From Ruditapes philippinarum (Eukaryota), in contig NW_026860085.1 in NCBI RefSeq assembly GCF_026571515.1, positions 248,001 to 312,000 on the forward strand: 64,000 nt of DNA, in the 5' to 3' direction. The first letter of the stretch is position 1, and every line of letters begins with the position of its first letter. This document shows, piece by piece, positions 28,951 to 43,757 of this stretch. The notes below the pieces were generated by a model. The model saw only the letters and a program-made list of their open reading frames with translations, was not told the DNA's origin and did no database searches. The translations under genes and the position numbers were made by a program.

Positions 28951-31288
28951 CACTTGTTGTAATGGGTTTAAACCATTGCACAGTACATACAGTTAGTATA
29001 AGAGGGTGGCAGATACATAGTGAACCAGCTTAGTGTCACATCACTCACATTGGTCTGTGGTTATGACTTGTTTTATAGTTCCTGAAATAAGACATGTGTT
29101 ATGAATGTTCTGCCAGCAATATGCTTCATAAGCCTCGGCTTATGGTTTAACTGTGAATTATGACTTATATAATGTGTATATAGTGTAAATCTATGAGTTA
29201 CAGGCATGTTTGAAATAATACGTATTTGAAATGGATAATTGGTGGCATTTTTGAAACAAAACATTTTCTTAGATAAAATGTCTACTTGTTCACCTCATAA
29301 ACAATTTAAATTTATAAGAATAGAGATATATTCTTGTAGTAACAAGTGTATTTGTATCTGTGAAGGGTACCTTATGATGGTATTATTATATAATATTTAA
29401 TTGAATTATGATTTTTCTGGATTTTAAAATTAGTTCTCTATATGTACAGTTGTAGCAAAACAAGAAATGTCCTGAGTGTCATTTTGTATTGTTATTAGTT
29501 TTAACATTTGTCCTGCCTTCTCGAAAAGCACATCAATTGGATAAAAATGAAAATGTTTTCATAGAGACTATCTTTGTGTATACCCTGGCTTAACTTTCAT
29601 CTTACTGTTGTTTTGTTATTTTTTACTTGATTTGGTTTGTCTTCACTGTTTACACTAACTACTTTCAATATTCCAGATTTCAAAAACATTTTATATACAT
29701 AAAATTGCAAGTGTTCACTCATGCTATTTTGTGAATTTGATATTTTTAGTCTGTTTTTAAAACATAGAAAGTTCATGTCTGTAGTTTGGTATCATAGTTT
29801 AGTATTTATTCAGCTGACTGACTTGAAGTGGCTGGTATTTCTTTTTAAACAACAAGCAGTATATTTTATGTACATATTTATCACAGTGAAATAACACTTT
29901 AATGATTTTTTTTTTCTTTGATAGCAAAAATGAAAAAAATACCCATAGCCAAAAAACTCCAACCAGCAGAATGTAAAGGTTTTTTTGTTTCTTTTTTTCT
30001 TTTCTTTATCAAGCATCAAACATATTCTTGTAAATCTGGTAGGTTTCTCGAGAGTTTTAGAACTTTTCTAACAAGCTTGTTTTTCTTTTATTTGTTAAGC
30101 ACCGAACATATTCTGGTAAGTCTGTTAGGTTTCTCGAGAGTTGTAGAACTTTTCAGACAAGCCAGTGAGATGTTGACTAGATATATAATATAGATGAACA
30201 TATCAGGTTTGTATTATCCAATGTCTGATACATGATCATGTGGTTTTGTAAAACCAGGTGGGAGTAGTCATGTTGGAGCAAGTTTCATTATACAGAAAGA
30301 AATGTGAAATGAACCATGTCTTGTTATAATATCGCAATCATCACCTTTCTGCTCTCTCACTTCATTATTTAATATGTTTCATCATATCAAAATTGAGTAC
30401 AATTTGAGTTTTGGATTAAAATGTAGAATTACCACACAGAAAACAAAGTGTATATAATTCTCTCCCATTCTGATTTGTTAATATAATTAAAGTAATTTGT
30501 GTAAACAGAAGTCTCTATAAAAAGGAAAAATGTGTTTATTTTTAGATACGTCAGTACAAAAATTCCAATAATTTTATAGTTTTTACATGAACTGACATTC
30601 TTCATGTTCACAAAATTTCTTCTTTCTGAAATTGCAGTATTTCACAGTTCAGTTACAACTATCTGAGAGTACAAGCAATTAATATGACAGTGAAGAAATG
30701 GTGTAAAGAATATTTGCTGTAATGATATATGTATTTCAGTATATATGATTTGATATTTTGCTGACTGTAAAAGTTGCATCTTTAGTTTTATTAGTATTTT
30801 TACATGTATTTGAAATAAGGCAAGAGCAACATTTCTGTTGTTAAATAGTCAAATTGTTTTTCCCGTTTATAATTAAGAGTTGCACTATTTTAGTTTTAAC
30901 TGTATTATTTGTTGAGTATAATCTGCAGACTGTGAATCTGGGACATAGAGAAATTGTGTTACAGTTTGTATGCTAGATTATTGTATTTATGAACTGTTTC
31001 AGGCTCAATAAAATCTCGTAACCATTATATTGTATATGATGGGATGTGTACTCATTACATGCTAGTGTACAGTTGTCATACTATGATAAATGCTTCTTTT
31101 TGAATAATGTTCAAAGCTTTGTAAATTTCCATTTTTGGTGTCAAGTATTTACTGGTAATAATATGAAAGAGGTTTTTAGAACCCCACTGGGAGTAAGTGG
31201 GGCACAATTTTCCCTTATCTTTCTGACCTGCTGTCTGTCTGTGGAATTAGGATGGATTAACATCTGTGTCCTATAGAAACATTTGTAA

Positions 31289-32093
31289 TTTTTAGCTCGA
31301 CTTTTCTATGAAAAGGGGAGCTATCCTACTCGCCCCGGCGTCGGCGTCGGCGTTAGCGTTGGCGTCACACCTTGGTTAAGTTTTTCGTACCACCCCACTT
31401 TATTTCAGAAGTATTACAAGTATGGCTTTGAAACTTACCATACTTGTTCACCATCATAACCTCCATCTACAGACAAGAGTACATAACTCTGTCAAGGTTT
31501 TTGACAGAATTATGGCCCTTTTTTGACTTAGAAAGTGTATTGAGCTTGGTTAAGTTTTTTTGTACCACCTCACTTTATTTCAAAACCATTGGAGGTATTG
31601 CTTTGAAACTGACCATACTTGTTTACCATCACGACCTTCATCAACAGACAAGAGGACATAACTCTGTCAAGGTTTTTGACAGAATTATGCCCCTTTTTGA
31701 CTTAGAAAATACATTGAATATGGGTAAAATCCACTTATTGCCTTAACCCTTTGAGATATTGCTTTGAAACTTTTAATGCTATTTCACATCATTACCCCCA
31801 TCTGTACGCAAGAGAAGGTAACTCTGTCAAGGATTTGTTTTAAAAATTAAGGCCTTTTATCGACTTAGAATCTTGGTAAAGTTTTTAGTACCAGTCCACT
31901 TTTTGACTGAACTGTTTGAGATATTAATTTGAAAGTTGGAATACTTGTTTACAATCATGATTCCCAAACATGTCCAGGAGAAGGTAATTCTGTCAAAGAT
32001 TTTATTTGAATTATGGCCCTTAACTGTCAATGTTTTGTATTATAGGCAAGCACTAAAAAAGTCGAGCGCGCTGTCTTACGGACAGCTCTTGTT
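31289..32093 (+). mobile_element. Helentron-associated non-autonomous element (second family)
   Basis: 5' TTAGCTCGAC, (GGCGTC)n, about four ~170-bp cores, then 3' GTCGAGCG, the hairpin GCTGTCTTACGGACAGC and TCTTGTT. Confidence 0.85.
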
Positions 32094-33357
32094 CTTGTCA
32101 GATATGACTAATTTAAAAAATAGTCCCAAGTGAATAAAGCTTTTTTCCCCGAAGTTTCTGCATTCTATTTTATATATGAGTAATACTACCATACAAATAG
32201 ATAATAGTTTGATACAAGGCTTTGAATATTGTTCAAAATGTGACTGCTGGACTTAATATAGAAAAATATTCACATTTACACTGAGTTGAAGTTTATCTGT
32301 GCTTTATAACTTAGTAATTTGCCAATTTATTTGTTCAAGTGTCGTATTTTATTTATTAAGCTTCTTGGATAAAGTAAAAATTTTAAGAGACAAAGGGATG
32401 TAAATGTATACTTACTTAATATAATATAATCAATGGTAACAGGGAGTTATAATGTAGTTTTGTATCTTACAAGGTAGATACTTGACCTTGGGTTGACAAC
32501 CAAAATTTATTCAGACAAGATGTTAAAGTGTTTTCACAAGTGCTATATCTCAAGTACATGCGAGTCAAAATCATAAATTTGATATAAATAGGAAATGTGC
32601 ACAGTCAGAACTCAAGTGTGTAAATGTGAATTATTGGCGGTGTTATATATGTACATGTATCATTCTTTAACAATTGTTGTTAGGGACTGACCTTTAATAT
32701 CTTTACTGTGATTTTCATAGAGATATAAAATCTTGAGAAATGTAAATGTGACAATGGATGCTTATTTACCCATTGTTTACAATTACAGGTATGGATATAT
32801 ACCTTGCAGAAACCCAACAATTGTTTTATGAATGAGATAAGGTTAACTGTATGAGAAATTGTTGTTTTGTTGGATGATGAATGTTGGTCATGTATTTTAA
32901 TGCATGTTTTATATAAAACTTGTTGAATGATATATTCTGTTTTTACTTCATGCTAAGCAAGAATAACTGCCAGGTTTTCTTTTTAGTTTCCTTTTCACAT
33001 CTCATCATTTAATTTTCCACATCTTTGTTCTACAAGTTTCTCTCTTCATTTCTTTCTATTTTCAGTAATAATATTCCTGACACAATAATTTCACAGGATG
33101 TTCGTCTGTCCGTTACCAAAGGAACATTTTTTAAAAAATAAATTCACACATTTGTTTTTCCCCTGTATTCTTAAAAGTTTTTGAATTTAATAAAAAAAAA
33201 GTGTGAAAGTTCAATGGCAATAAAATTTAATTATGTTTTTTTTTATATAAAATATAGACAGTCTGTAGATTCTGGTAAAATAGTATATCCTAGATATACA
33301 TTAACCAGTCTAACATGTGATAAAATAACTCTTTAAATATCATTTATAGGATAATTA

Positions 33358-33803
33358 TTATATAGAGGATATTTGTTTAGTTCAGTGTAAGATCGGAATA
33401 TATTTCACCGAGTGAGCACCAAAAGGTATATTTCACGAGTGGCGCAGCCACGAGTGAAATATGAACTTTTGGTGTTCACAAGGTGAAATATATTTCAATC
33501 TTACACTAAACTAAACAAATTTTCTTTTTATTACATACAAAGAAACGTTTTAAAAAGACATTAAACCTAATACTGAATGAAAAGCGCGCCAAATAATAAT
33601 ACAACGTGGCGTCATTTATGACGTCACGTCATTAAGTTGGTACCCAGTACTGTGCACGCTGGTATTTCACTGAAACAACATAAGGGGCTTAAATTCATAT
33701 AGTGAAATTACCAAAGTGGTAATTTCACTGTTTCAATCAGTGAAATTACCAGTTTTATATCACTGATATATTTCTATAAACAACCGAAAAGCATGTAATA
33801 AAA
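33358..33803. mobile_element. Hairpin-plus-tail repeat element (palindrome 33364-33526)
   Basis: About 70-bp arms around CACGAGTGGCGCAGCCACGAGTG; the tail is bounded by TTTTATTACAT/ATGTAATAAAA. Confidence 0.72.
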
Positions 33804-35715
33804 AACACACAATTTTAATGGTCAGATTTATTTGAATAATACCATTGTTTAAGCACATTATTTTTCCTGAATACTAGGTCATTTGAAAACAAGTTTTTTG
33901 TAAGTATTGAATTGATAACGGTCATTTTGATTTTATTTTTTAATAATCACAAATTATTCTTACATGTTAAATACTCTGCTTACTTCAAAGGAAGTTTTTC
34001 CTCTCTAGGTCACATTTGTAATAGTCTAGTCTACTTAACCTTGACTTCAAATTTCAACATTGAAATGAAATTGGAATGTGCATGACTATGACCATATCTG
34101 ACAGCCAGGTAAAACATTCGAACATGTCGAAATTTGGAGAATATATTGTTTTTTTAGCTCTGTATATTTTTATTGACAACAAATAATTTGATAATTTGTT
34201 GGAGGGCAGGTGAAGGCTATCCTAGAATAAATGAATATTTCAAACAGATGTTTAGTTAACCTTTATATTGCATTTGTGTAACATATATATTATAAATAAA
34301 ACAACTTGAAGTAGATTTGCAGAGATTACTAGTGACAAAATTTTGAAACTAAACTGCATGTGCTATGATTAACTGTATAATTATTTGTCAATTTTATAGA
34401 ATACAAAATGTAATGGAAGTATAATTTCTATATATATGATGAACATGTATACACTATGTTAATATGATAGACGACTGTACACACTATGTTCTCTCTGATA
34501 GCTTGTAAACAAATGTGATAATGTTTTTTTTTCTGTGTCTCATACATCTATATGTAAACATATTACAATGTATTACATGGTAAATTTTTATGACATTGTT
34601 ATATTTGTCCTGTATGTTCCCATTCTCACACAAGTCATAGATAATAAAAAGTTCTTGCAGATTTTTTATGTTTTCTCGTTAATTTCTGATAACAGTTTTG
34701 CTGTAGTTGATACACAAGGCTTTATCACATTAACCACAGCACAGATGGGTAATTAAGGTATTGAATTAAAAACGATAACACTGACGTTACATCGATTTGA
34801 TTTATATATAAACATAGCGTAAAAGCACGCTAATTTATATCAGTTCACTTGTCTTACGATTATGTTGGTTGAAATTCTATCTTGTTTGCCGGCTCAGTTC
34901 ATTAGGGAGTACATGGGCTAGTAAGTCATGGGAAGCTGGTTTGATCCTCCGGGAAGGCTCAATTTCTCTGTGATGACCTAGGCTAGGATATTTTCTAATT
35001 GTCATGTGTCTGTCACCCCTGATTTAAAAATTACGTCAGATTTTAATAGTACAGATAAGTAGAAATCCCGTGAACATACCATGGGGCATGTATGATTTGT
35101 TAAGAAACTAAAATGATGCTTGATCATTAAATTTTGATAATAATATCCTGTAGTTTAATCTATACTTATAAGTTGGTTCCAAGAACAAATTCTAGAGTGT
35201 TTCCCAATTAGCTTGGAGCTTTTAAAGCTTCCAACAAATTGAACTGAAATAAATTACTAATTTGTAAGCTTAAGCTTATTGAAATACTCTAGATTTTGTT
35301 CTTGAAACCAACCAGTATTAAGCAATGAGCATAAAAATTTTTGCTCACGACTTGCTCCCTCCTGACAATGTTTGAACCTACACTGCCAGCAATCCTTAGA
35401 TTACTTGTCTGATGTGCCACACCACCACTTGATATTCTTTCAAAATTTTATATTGGAAGCATGTCTGATATCCATTACCTATAAATTCAGCAGTTAAAGG
35501 TGTGAGGAAGCTACAAGCACATGTGTGTCATAAATGATGAGTAAAAGGTATACAGGTTCTTCAAAAAAAAAACACTTTAAAACCTTTAAAAAAAGTCACT
35601 GTGACACAAGTTAAAACTCAACAAACAAAATAATTGGTTATACTCCAGAATAAAGGTCACAAAGTTATAATTGCAGGCTATCATTATGTGGCTTGTGACT
35701 GAACTGTCATATATA

Positions 35716-35859
35716 TGTCACAGGGTGAGAAAAATGTGCAGCCTGACCGCGACTTGAACCAGGGACCCTCGGAATACCGTACCATGGCTCTACTGACAGA
35801 GCTATCCGGCTGCTTACACATCTTTTCCTCTAAATAGTGAACAGTTCTGAACCGTGACA
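35716..35859 (-). mobile_element. 144-bp TG..CA-bounded element containing a tRNA-like sequence (candidate solo LTR of a tRNA-carrying TRIM)
   Basis: TGTCAC...GTGACA ends and a 4-bp TATA TSD. The minus strand reads GCCGGATAGCTCTGTCAGTAGAGC...GGTTCAAGTC (A and B boxes). Confidence 0.6.
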
Positions 35860-38800
35860 TATACTTGTACTACATATAATAATAGTATAAAATTATAGAG
35901 TAAAATAATTTCAATAGAGAGGATTTTTTGTGTTAACAGGTAAAAGAAGTTACTTGGTGTGTTGTCAAAGAGACAAGTTCAAGGTTATTGTATAAATTAA
36001 AGGTACTGGGTATGTTGACAAAGTGATGGTTTAACAAAGAATGAAAAAGAAGATTCACCAAACATTGTCAAGGTAAAGTTAGGTTGAGGGCAAGTAAGAC
36101 AAGTTATAGGATATGTTGTCAAGGTGCTGAGAGTAGGTAAGATGAGATTCTGTTGAAAGAATCAAGGTGATCCATAGTAAAACAAGTATCTGGCTATCTA
36201 GACAAGGTTATGTGTTAATTAAAGGCAGTAAGATGAGATACCTGGTGTATTATCAAAGTGATGAACATATTCTTGTAATCATTTACGCAGAAGTACATGT
36301 ATATTACCCTTAATGAGTAATTGTTTACCAATTTAACAATATTATTTATGTTATACATGTATATTCAGAAACTAAACCAACTTATTTGTTATCTTAATCA
36401 CTATTATGTTTTTTCACACCACAGGTCAATTTACATAGATATCTATTGGATGTGTAACTAATGACATTATCTGCCTAGTAACCAAGGAGTGTAATAACTG
36501 ATATCATTGAACTTATTAAAGGCACAGCATGCCTCAGAAACAAGTATTTTTTTTCTCTCTTTAGAAAGAAAAAATGAGTTTTATAATGTTGAAATAATAG
36601 TTTTAGCAAAATTGAAACAAGTTGTATTTGACTTTCATACAAAATTGTTTTAACTTAATATTTAGTAAATTACTAAAAGGTGACAGAAGCAAAAGATAGT
36701 ATTAGGTAATTGGCAATTAAGTAACTATTTAAAAATTATAACGGGATGAAAGATTTTGAGAAATAAAAATATAAGGATTTCTAGTGCATAATGGGCCTTT
36801 CAGCACTTAAATACTCATCAGAACTATAAATAGCACACTTCCTCATTATTCCAGTGGCACACCAGTTATATTTTAATTCATCAGATACTACTTATTGTAT
36901 ACATATTGTAAAGTTAGTGTTTTAAGTGTGAAAGATGACAGTTTTTTTTCCTGGTCACATGACTGTCAGATACAAACAAACGGTATTAAACTTTTGTTGT
37001 TGTTTTTAGTCAAACTATTCATTGATTTATTCCTGTTTGATTTAACCATAGTGGTGATCAGTTATTGGAGGTATGAAGGGGCAGGAACTATAAACAAGTT
37101 ATTTTGGGTATACATGTCACAAATAACCTAACATTTTGAAAAAAAAACTGGCATGTTTTGCCAATGTTAAAATTTCCACTTGAAATAACATTTTTTTTAT
37201 AACAATGACCTACTTTAGCAATAAAATGTATTAACTTTTATTATACATACTGTATATGATTATTGACAATTATGCAAAACACCAGGTCAATTACCTATCA
37301 TAGACTCCATGCACAGTTTTAATAATTATGTGTACGAGGTCTGTTATAGATAAATGGAGTTTATGGTTTTATTATTGATAATTAATGGTACTTGTAGTTT
37401 ACCCTCCAGATCACTGCAGTTAGCCATTTTGATTTTCAGCAGAGCACAGTTCAGCCACCACGTTATTCTCTGGCGCCAGCTGTCAAGAAATTTACCAGTA
37501 GCAGTTGCCTTCACTTTCAGTACAAGTGCATGCCAGAGCTGAGTTAAGCATGAATGACCATGGAAATGATTTCATGATCAGACCAAAACGACCAGCACAT
37601 CTGATTCACAGTCCAATGCTCTAACAATTGTGCTGAACGGACGATTCTTAGATAAAATATCAGGGTTTTTTTTTGGACTTTTTGTATCAAATGTTTCACA
37701 ATAATTCAACAAGTACAAGTATAATGAACATGTCCAGTACACTGACCTTTAGAAATACAACATAAAACTGTAATTGTTTATATATCTTTTTATTATACAT
37801 ATGACGTAAAACCTTATTATATATACATGTATACAAAAAAAAGAATCTTACAATGTAATGTTCAATATATGTAAATCATGTTTGATATTGTGTCTTGAAA
37901 TACCAAATACATTTATAACAAAATTAATCACCGTCTAATACTGTGATTTACATGATTTCTAATTACTGTGTTAGAATAACTAGAAATAATACTAAATTTC
38001 TTTACTAGGGTTTAAAAAGGAAATTCTAATATAATACGGGAAAAGAGGAATATTAAGTTCAACACAACACAATCAACAGCTTGTAAGTAGTGATCACAAT
38101 AGTCTAAATGGCAAAATTTGCAATAGCTTAGTACCACATCAAACACCATATGCTCTATAGTATTGTCAGGTACCAGGAAGGTTTAGCAGTTACCCTTTGA
38201 TTTACTTTGTGTTTTTTGTGTGTTTTTTTGTTGATTTCAAAAGAATTGAGCAGAATTCAAAAATTATACATGCAACATTTTTAGCAGAAATGTTTATCAG
38301 CATGCAAGTGTCAGAGGTATATTTGACAGTACATCGAATTTCTATCAAGCTGGGGACCTGACAAGAGCAAAGAATGGCATCATAAATAATAAGTAAAGAG
38401 ATCATTAATTACTGTATAACCTTATATGAATTATCAGTAGATAAATTTCAAAATAAATGCAAGACCGATCATGCCAGTAAATCCTAGAACCCCTCTAAAC
38501 CTAAACAATAAAATTTCAAAAACTACCCCTAAATACTCTCATATTAATTCTTGATTTCTGTAAGAAAAAAATTAATTTTCTTACTATTCATTGTAATAAA
38601 TGTATACATATTATGTACGTACAATTATCATCATAAAATCTTTTATTATAAAAAGAAATATTTTCATGTCTGTAACTTCCACCAAAATATTGAAACTTGT
38701 TATTGCACACAGCCCCCATTTACCAGCAATATTACAAACAAAATGTGATTATATAAGTATGTTAATAGAAAGTACCCGTGTATGAATCACATCAGGAAAC

Positions 38801-40094
38801 GAGTAAAATAACATTTAATTATTATCCTTGTTCCATGATAAAACCGTCATTTCTATGAGAAAACCTAAGGGAAAACTTATGTAAACAATACCATAACACC
38901 TACATTGTATGAGAAAGCTATGTCCATTTCACCTATGAGTAAAATAATTATGTTCATACATTATAAACTATTGGTAAATTATGTCTGTATCCATGAGTGG
39001 GTAACTCATGGCCACATTACCAAAATCTATGAGAAAACCTGTCTATATCAACATATCACAAATTAATAATCTATGGGTAACACGGCTTTACTAATGAATC
39101 ATCAAATTCTATAACAAATTCATTATCATACCATAAACGAGTAAACAATTTCTATAATATGTAAATTTTAGAAACTTATTGCTGCACATAGCACTTATGA
39201 GTAACCAATGTCCATATCACATATGAGTAAAAATCACTTATGAGTAACCAGTTCCCATATCACTTATAATTTACCAATGTCCATATCCTTTATGAATGAT
39301 TGATGATGATCTATGAGAGATCCATGTAAACATTTCTCAGCAAATAAGCCAACATTATTTACTCTTTATAGGTCATTTACAAAAAAAAAATGATAATAAC
39401 ACAGTACAGTGATATATCATATGTTCATGTATACATGTATATAAATGCCCTCTATGATATGGAATGCCTTAGATGTTGTTGTTGTTGTTTTCCTTTACTT
39501 TAAAGTAATGCCATCAGAATAAAATAACTAGGCCTCTATATTAGTCTAAATTATAATTAAAAAAGCAATATAATACAAAAATTTGATTAGCACCAACTTA
39601 GTATAATATCTTTTCCTTTATATGTAGTAATAGAAAAAATAAAATTTGCCCTACTGTATAAATTGATACCTTTTGTAAATTCTTACTACAATAGATGATT
39701 ACAATGATTAAGAACAATGTATCGCTGTTTTTTTTTAAATAGAAACACCACTTATAACAACTTATTAAATACCGGTATGTAGTAATGGTATTACACAAAA
39801 CAGTAAAAGTTGTTTATTTTAATTAACGCATATCTGTTATATAACGGAAATGAAAAATGTTTAATTTTATAATTAATGATTACATACCGTTAATAAGTAT
39901 TTACAGTTTGTCTGCCAATGAAATGGCTCTATTTTGTTTAAATTTTGCCAAAGTATTTACCATACAGTGCTGTAACTCAACTTTTTATGTATTAAATTTA
40001 AAATTTATACGTTAAATGAGCTGATTTAATGGACTCCGCCAATTAACATAATGCCACTCAATTTGAATGGGCGGAGCTAACTGTAAGTCGGTTA

Positions 40095-40190
40095 TAGGTT
40101 ATATACAGAGTTTTAAGAAACTAATTTTCTGGCTTCACTTAGTTCACTCGAAAATTAATTTCTTAAAACTCTGTATATTACCTATAACCT
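40095..40190. repeat. Long imperfect palindrome
   Basis: TAGGTTATATACAGAGTTTTAAGAAACTAATTTTC ... GAAAATTAATTTCTTAAAACTCTGTATATTACCTA. Confidence 0.75.
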
Positions 40191-40629
40191 ACATGAAAGG
40201 TGTCTCTGTGTAAAACTCCCTCTCACATGACAAATTAAAATATTCTATTATAAATAATTATAAAAAAAAACTGTAACGGCTTCAGATCAGATGATATCAT
40301 TCTAAATAAGTCAATGTTTACCAATTCATCACAGTTTGAAATCTTTAAAAATTTGATTATTCCAATTTGTAAAGTAAATTCTTCAAAAAACGCACAAAAA
40401 TATTTAATCTGTCTTATTACATAGGTTGTCAAAAACATTGAACATGTTCAAAATCTGTAATTCTGTATGTTAAAATATTAGAGACAGTGTAAAATCAGTG
40501 ATGTACCAGTACATTAAACCAAAGCTGCTCTATACCCTCGACCTGCTAGATTTGGAATTGATAAGCCTTTGCCACCCATAGTATGGCCATATAGAGTATG
40601 GCTATGCGGCACATCTGTGCAGTTTCTTT

Positions 40630-40853
40630 TTCTTTGGTTGGGTTTTTTTATGTTGCACAAATACAGTAAAGGTCATATGACAACTTTCGAGCGTTACTGG
40701 TGAAGAAATACCTCATGTGCCGTTGTGTAAGCTAGCTGGATGGCTTCCTCACATGAAAGAATCCATAGTCCCTGACAGGATTCAAACCCACAGCTGTGAG
40801 GGCCCTGTCAAGGATTTTGAAGTCAATGACCTTAACCACTCGGCCACGGACGC
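40630..40853 (-). mobile_element. tRNA-derived SINE
   Basis: Minus-strand head CCGTGGCCGAGTGGTTAAGGTCATTGACTTC...GGGTTTGAATCC followed by a non-tRNA body. Confidence 0.65.
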
Positions 40854-41396
40854 AGTTTCACCAGGCTCTTTACTATTAGCTGATCAACTTAAATTTTCCT
40901 TTTCTGATATTCAAAGAATAAGCCGGTTAAGGGTGTACTTTTTAACCTGCTGAATTTCTTAGATGGAATAAGCTCATTTCTATTTTAGGAACTAGAGTCT
41001 ATCCTTTATCAATAAGATGAAAACTGAAGTTGGTGGTAGAGGCTCATCACTTTCCGTTGCAGCAAGTAAGGGTTGCTAAGCTTGGCTCTATAACTAATTA
41101 ACTATACACCATACATTGTAGTATCAGATGAATGATAATATATGTCAAATGGGAAATTAAAAATAAAATAAAATTTAAAAGGTTGCAGGATCACAGCAAA
41201 ATAACATCCACTGCAAACATTTTGGTTTCAATAGCAACAAATTCCATCATAAAATTTTACAACTAGTAAAACATTGAATGTGGAAAATACAGAAGGCTTA
41301 GTTTATTTTTGAAGTTGTAAAAGTTACAATTTTTTTGGCACCAAGCCCTCAGTATCTCAGCTTTCCCAACACAAAAATTTAAGAATATTTTGAAAA

Positions 41397-43757
41397 TCAA
41401 CCCAGTAAAACTTTTTTCATCTTGCTTCTTGCAGAATCCTCATCATCAGTTTCACTGTCACTACACACAGACGTGTACGAACATTGTGGTGAGCATAAAT
41501 ACTGTAACAGGGGAAGACGATACTTGCCACAAAAATCTACAAACTTCACATTCTCTACTTTAGAGCTGAAGTACACACCTGTAAAACAAATCACAATCTT
41601 TAAATTTTATACACTGTTATTCAGAATGTAAATTACCTTTCACTGATTAAAATGTAATGATGCTAAGTTATTTAACTTCAAAAACCTTCCAAAAGAAATT
41701 AGCCTTTATTTCTGTATATTTTCTTTATAATACAGTAAAAAAACGCTCTATAAAGACCATCAAAGGGACTAGATCAAAGTGGTCACAGGATGGTCACATA
41801 AGTATACATTATTACGAAGGCATTATAATTTATATGCATTTTATGACCATATTCCATTTTGGTCATTATGTTTGAACATATTCAAATAATATGTATCATA
41901 ACCGTTATATACTGAGAGATGTTATAATATCTATTGTGATAAGAGCAGAACAAAATTTGAAGAAGCTTGATATAAGATTAAAATTGATCTTATATTAATA
42001 GTGTGGTGTCCTTAATTTCCATATGGTCTTGAGTATGGTTTATATATAGCTTATTGTAACAGAGGACTGCTAGCCTTTATTAAAGTTTATACTTGGAATA
42101 ACTACAAAATGAAAATAGACCTTAAATACTTTCTACATAGTTTATACACATGTTCGATGTATATCATATAAATTGATATGAGCCATGACAAGACAAAACC
42201 AACATAGTGGGTTTGTGACCAGCAAGGATCCAGACCAGCCTGCGCATCAGTGCAGTCTGATCAGGATCCATGCTGTTCGCTAACTAACTCTATTACAAGT
42301 AGAGAAACAGATAGCGAACAGCATGGATCCTGATCAGACTGCGCGAATGCGCAGGCTGGTCTGGATCCATGCTGATCGCAAACCCACTATGTTGGTTTTG
42401 TCGTGACACAGCTCAATTATTATACCTTTGCATTTTGGATTGACACATCTTTCAGCAGAAGACAGGTACTTCACAAGGTGAACTGGCAAATCAGCAGTTG
42501 AATACTTGACCCGGTCAATTTTGATGACTCGACCAGCTAGTTCCATTAAAGATGGGGGATCAAAGCTTAGATCTTGTACAAATCTATTAACAAGTGGATT
42601 GTTTCTAAGACTAAGTTCCTTCAAGTTGAGGGCAACTATTTCTTGAGGTAATGTAGATAACCGATTGTTGTGTAGACTGAGTGAGCGTAGTTTCCTGAGA
42701 TGTGAGAATGTTGGTGGTAGACTGTGCAGCTGGTTATCACAGAGAACAAGAGAGGTCATTCGATGTAAAGTGCCGAGCTCTGCTGGAACTTCTTGTAATG
42801 AATTTCCTCCCAAATACAGCACTTCCAACCTGAAATTGTTCCACAGGAGAAAAATTGGTTAGACTATCTGTATCATGATTTTACATTATACATACTCACG
42901 ATACTCTAACTAATCTAAGACTTGTCAAAGAGACATGGAGATATCTTTTGAATAGGAAATGTCTTTTAAAAAGGTTTGACAGTTGGAAAAACAGTCTGTT
43001 AAAGGGTCAAATACATTGTAATTAGGTAATACAATAAAGAGTAAATTGGGAGTACATGTGAGCTTGGTATATTGTCATAATTTATGCAAATTTATAACTA
43101 CATGTAGTAATAGACAACTTAGTATGCAGCATGTTCCAAGAACAAACTTACAAAATCATAAAGGTGAGGCTCCTAGTTATCAAAAGGTCATGCCCTGTGA
43201 GACAAAAAAAAAAGAATACGCAAATAGGCACATATAATATATAATGTGCATATAATGAATGAAAACAATAATGATACTTACTTTGACAAGCCTTTTATAG
43301 CACCAGGTATAGACTTCAGGTTATTTGCACCTATGTGTAATGTTTTTAAATTCTTCAACTCTGTCAATTGCATGGGGAAGTCCGTGAATCTGTTGCCACT
43401 GAAATTCAATGTCTCTAAAGAAGTGACAAGTCCAAAATCTTTAGGCAAAGAGTTTTCATCCAGTAGGTTATTTCTTGCAGTAAATGTAGTCAGGCTTTGT
43501 AGATGCAGAATTTCCATCCCAATTGATGTCAAACCATTGTTGCTAATATCAAGGTTTATTAGATTAAGAAATGTTCCCAATTCGCCAGGAAACGCCACGA
43601 AACAATTGTGACTTAATTGAATAGATTTCCAAGACGTCGGATCCTCTGAAAGATATTTTGGCAACACTTCGAGTTCACTGTGTGACAAATCCTCCGAATT
43701 GTCATCATTAAATTCACTATCTGAGGATGATGGCCAGTCCACATAATTTTGAGCCAT
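41397..43757 (-). CDS. LRRC58: Leucine-rich repeat-containing protein 58, about 353 aa. Exons: 43757-43282, 42829-42426, 41578-41397
   Basis: LxxLxLxxNxL repeats, then LSLRNNPLV, the BC-box-like PPSLMELAGRVIK, CVNPKCKGVYF, KFVDFCGKYRLPLLQYLCSPQC and terminal MKKVLLG, as recalled for LRRC58 orthologues. Phases join. Confidence 0.9.
42180..42414. mobile_element. Palindromic MITE, copy 8
   Basis: Inserted 11 nt into LRRC58 intron 2. Confidence 0.88.

Noticed and set aside
26646-41396. A hidden protein-coding gene between GSK3 and LRRC58
   Set aside because: Only short AT-rich ORFs, repeats and UTR-like sequence with several AATAAA signals. No phase-consistent exon chain was recognised, though small exons could have been missed.
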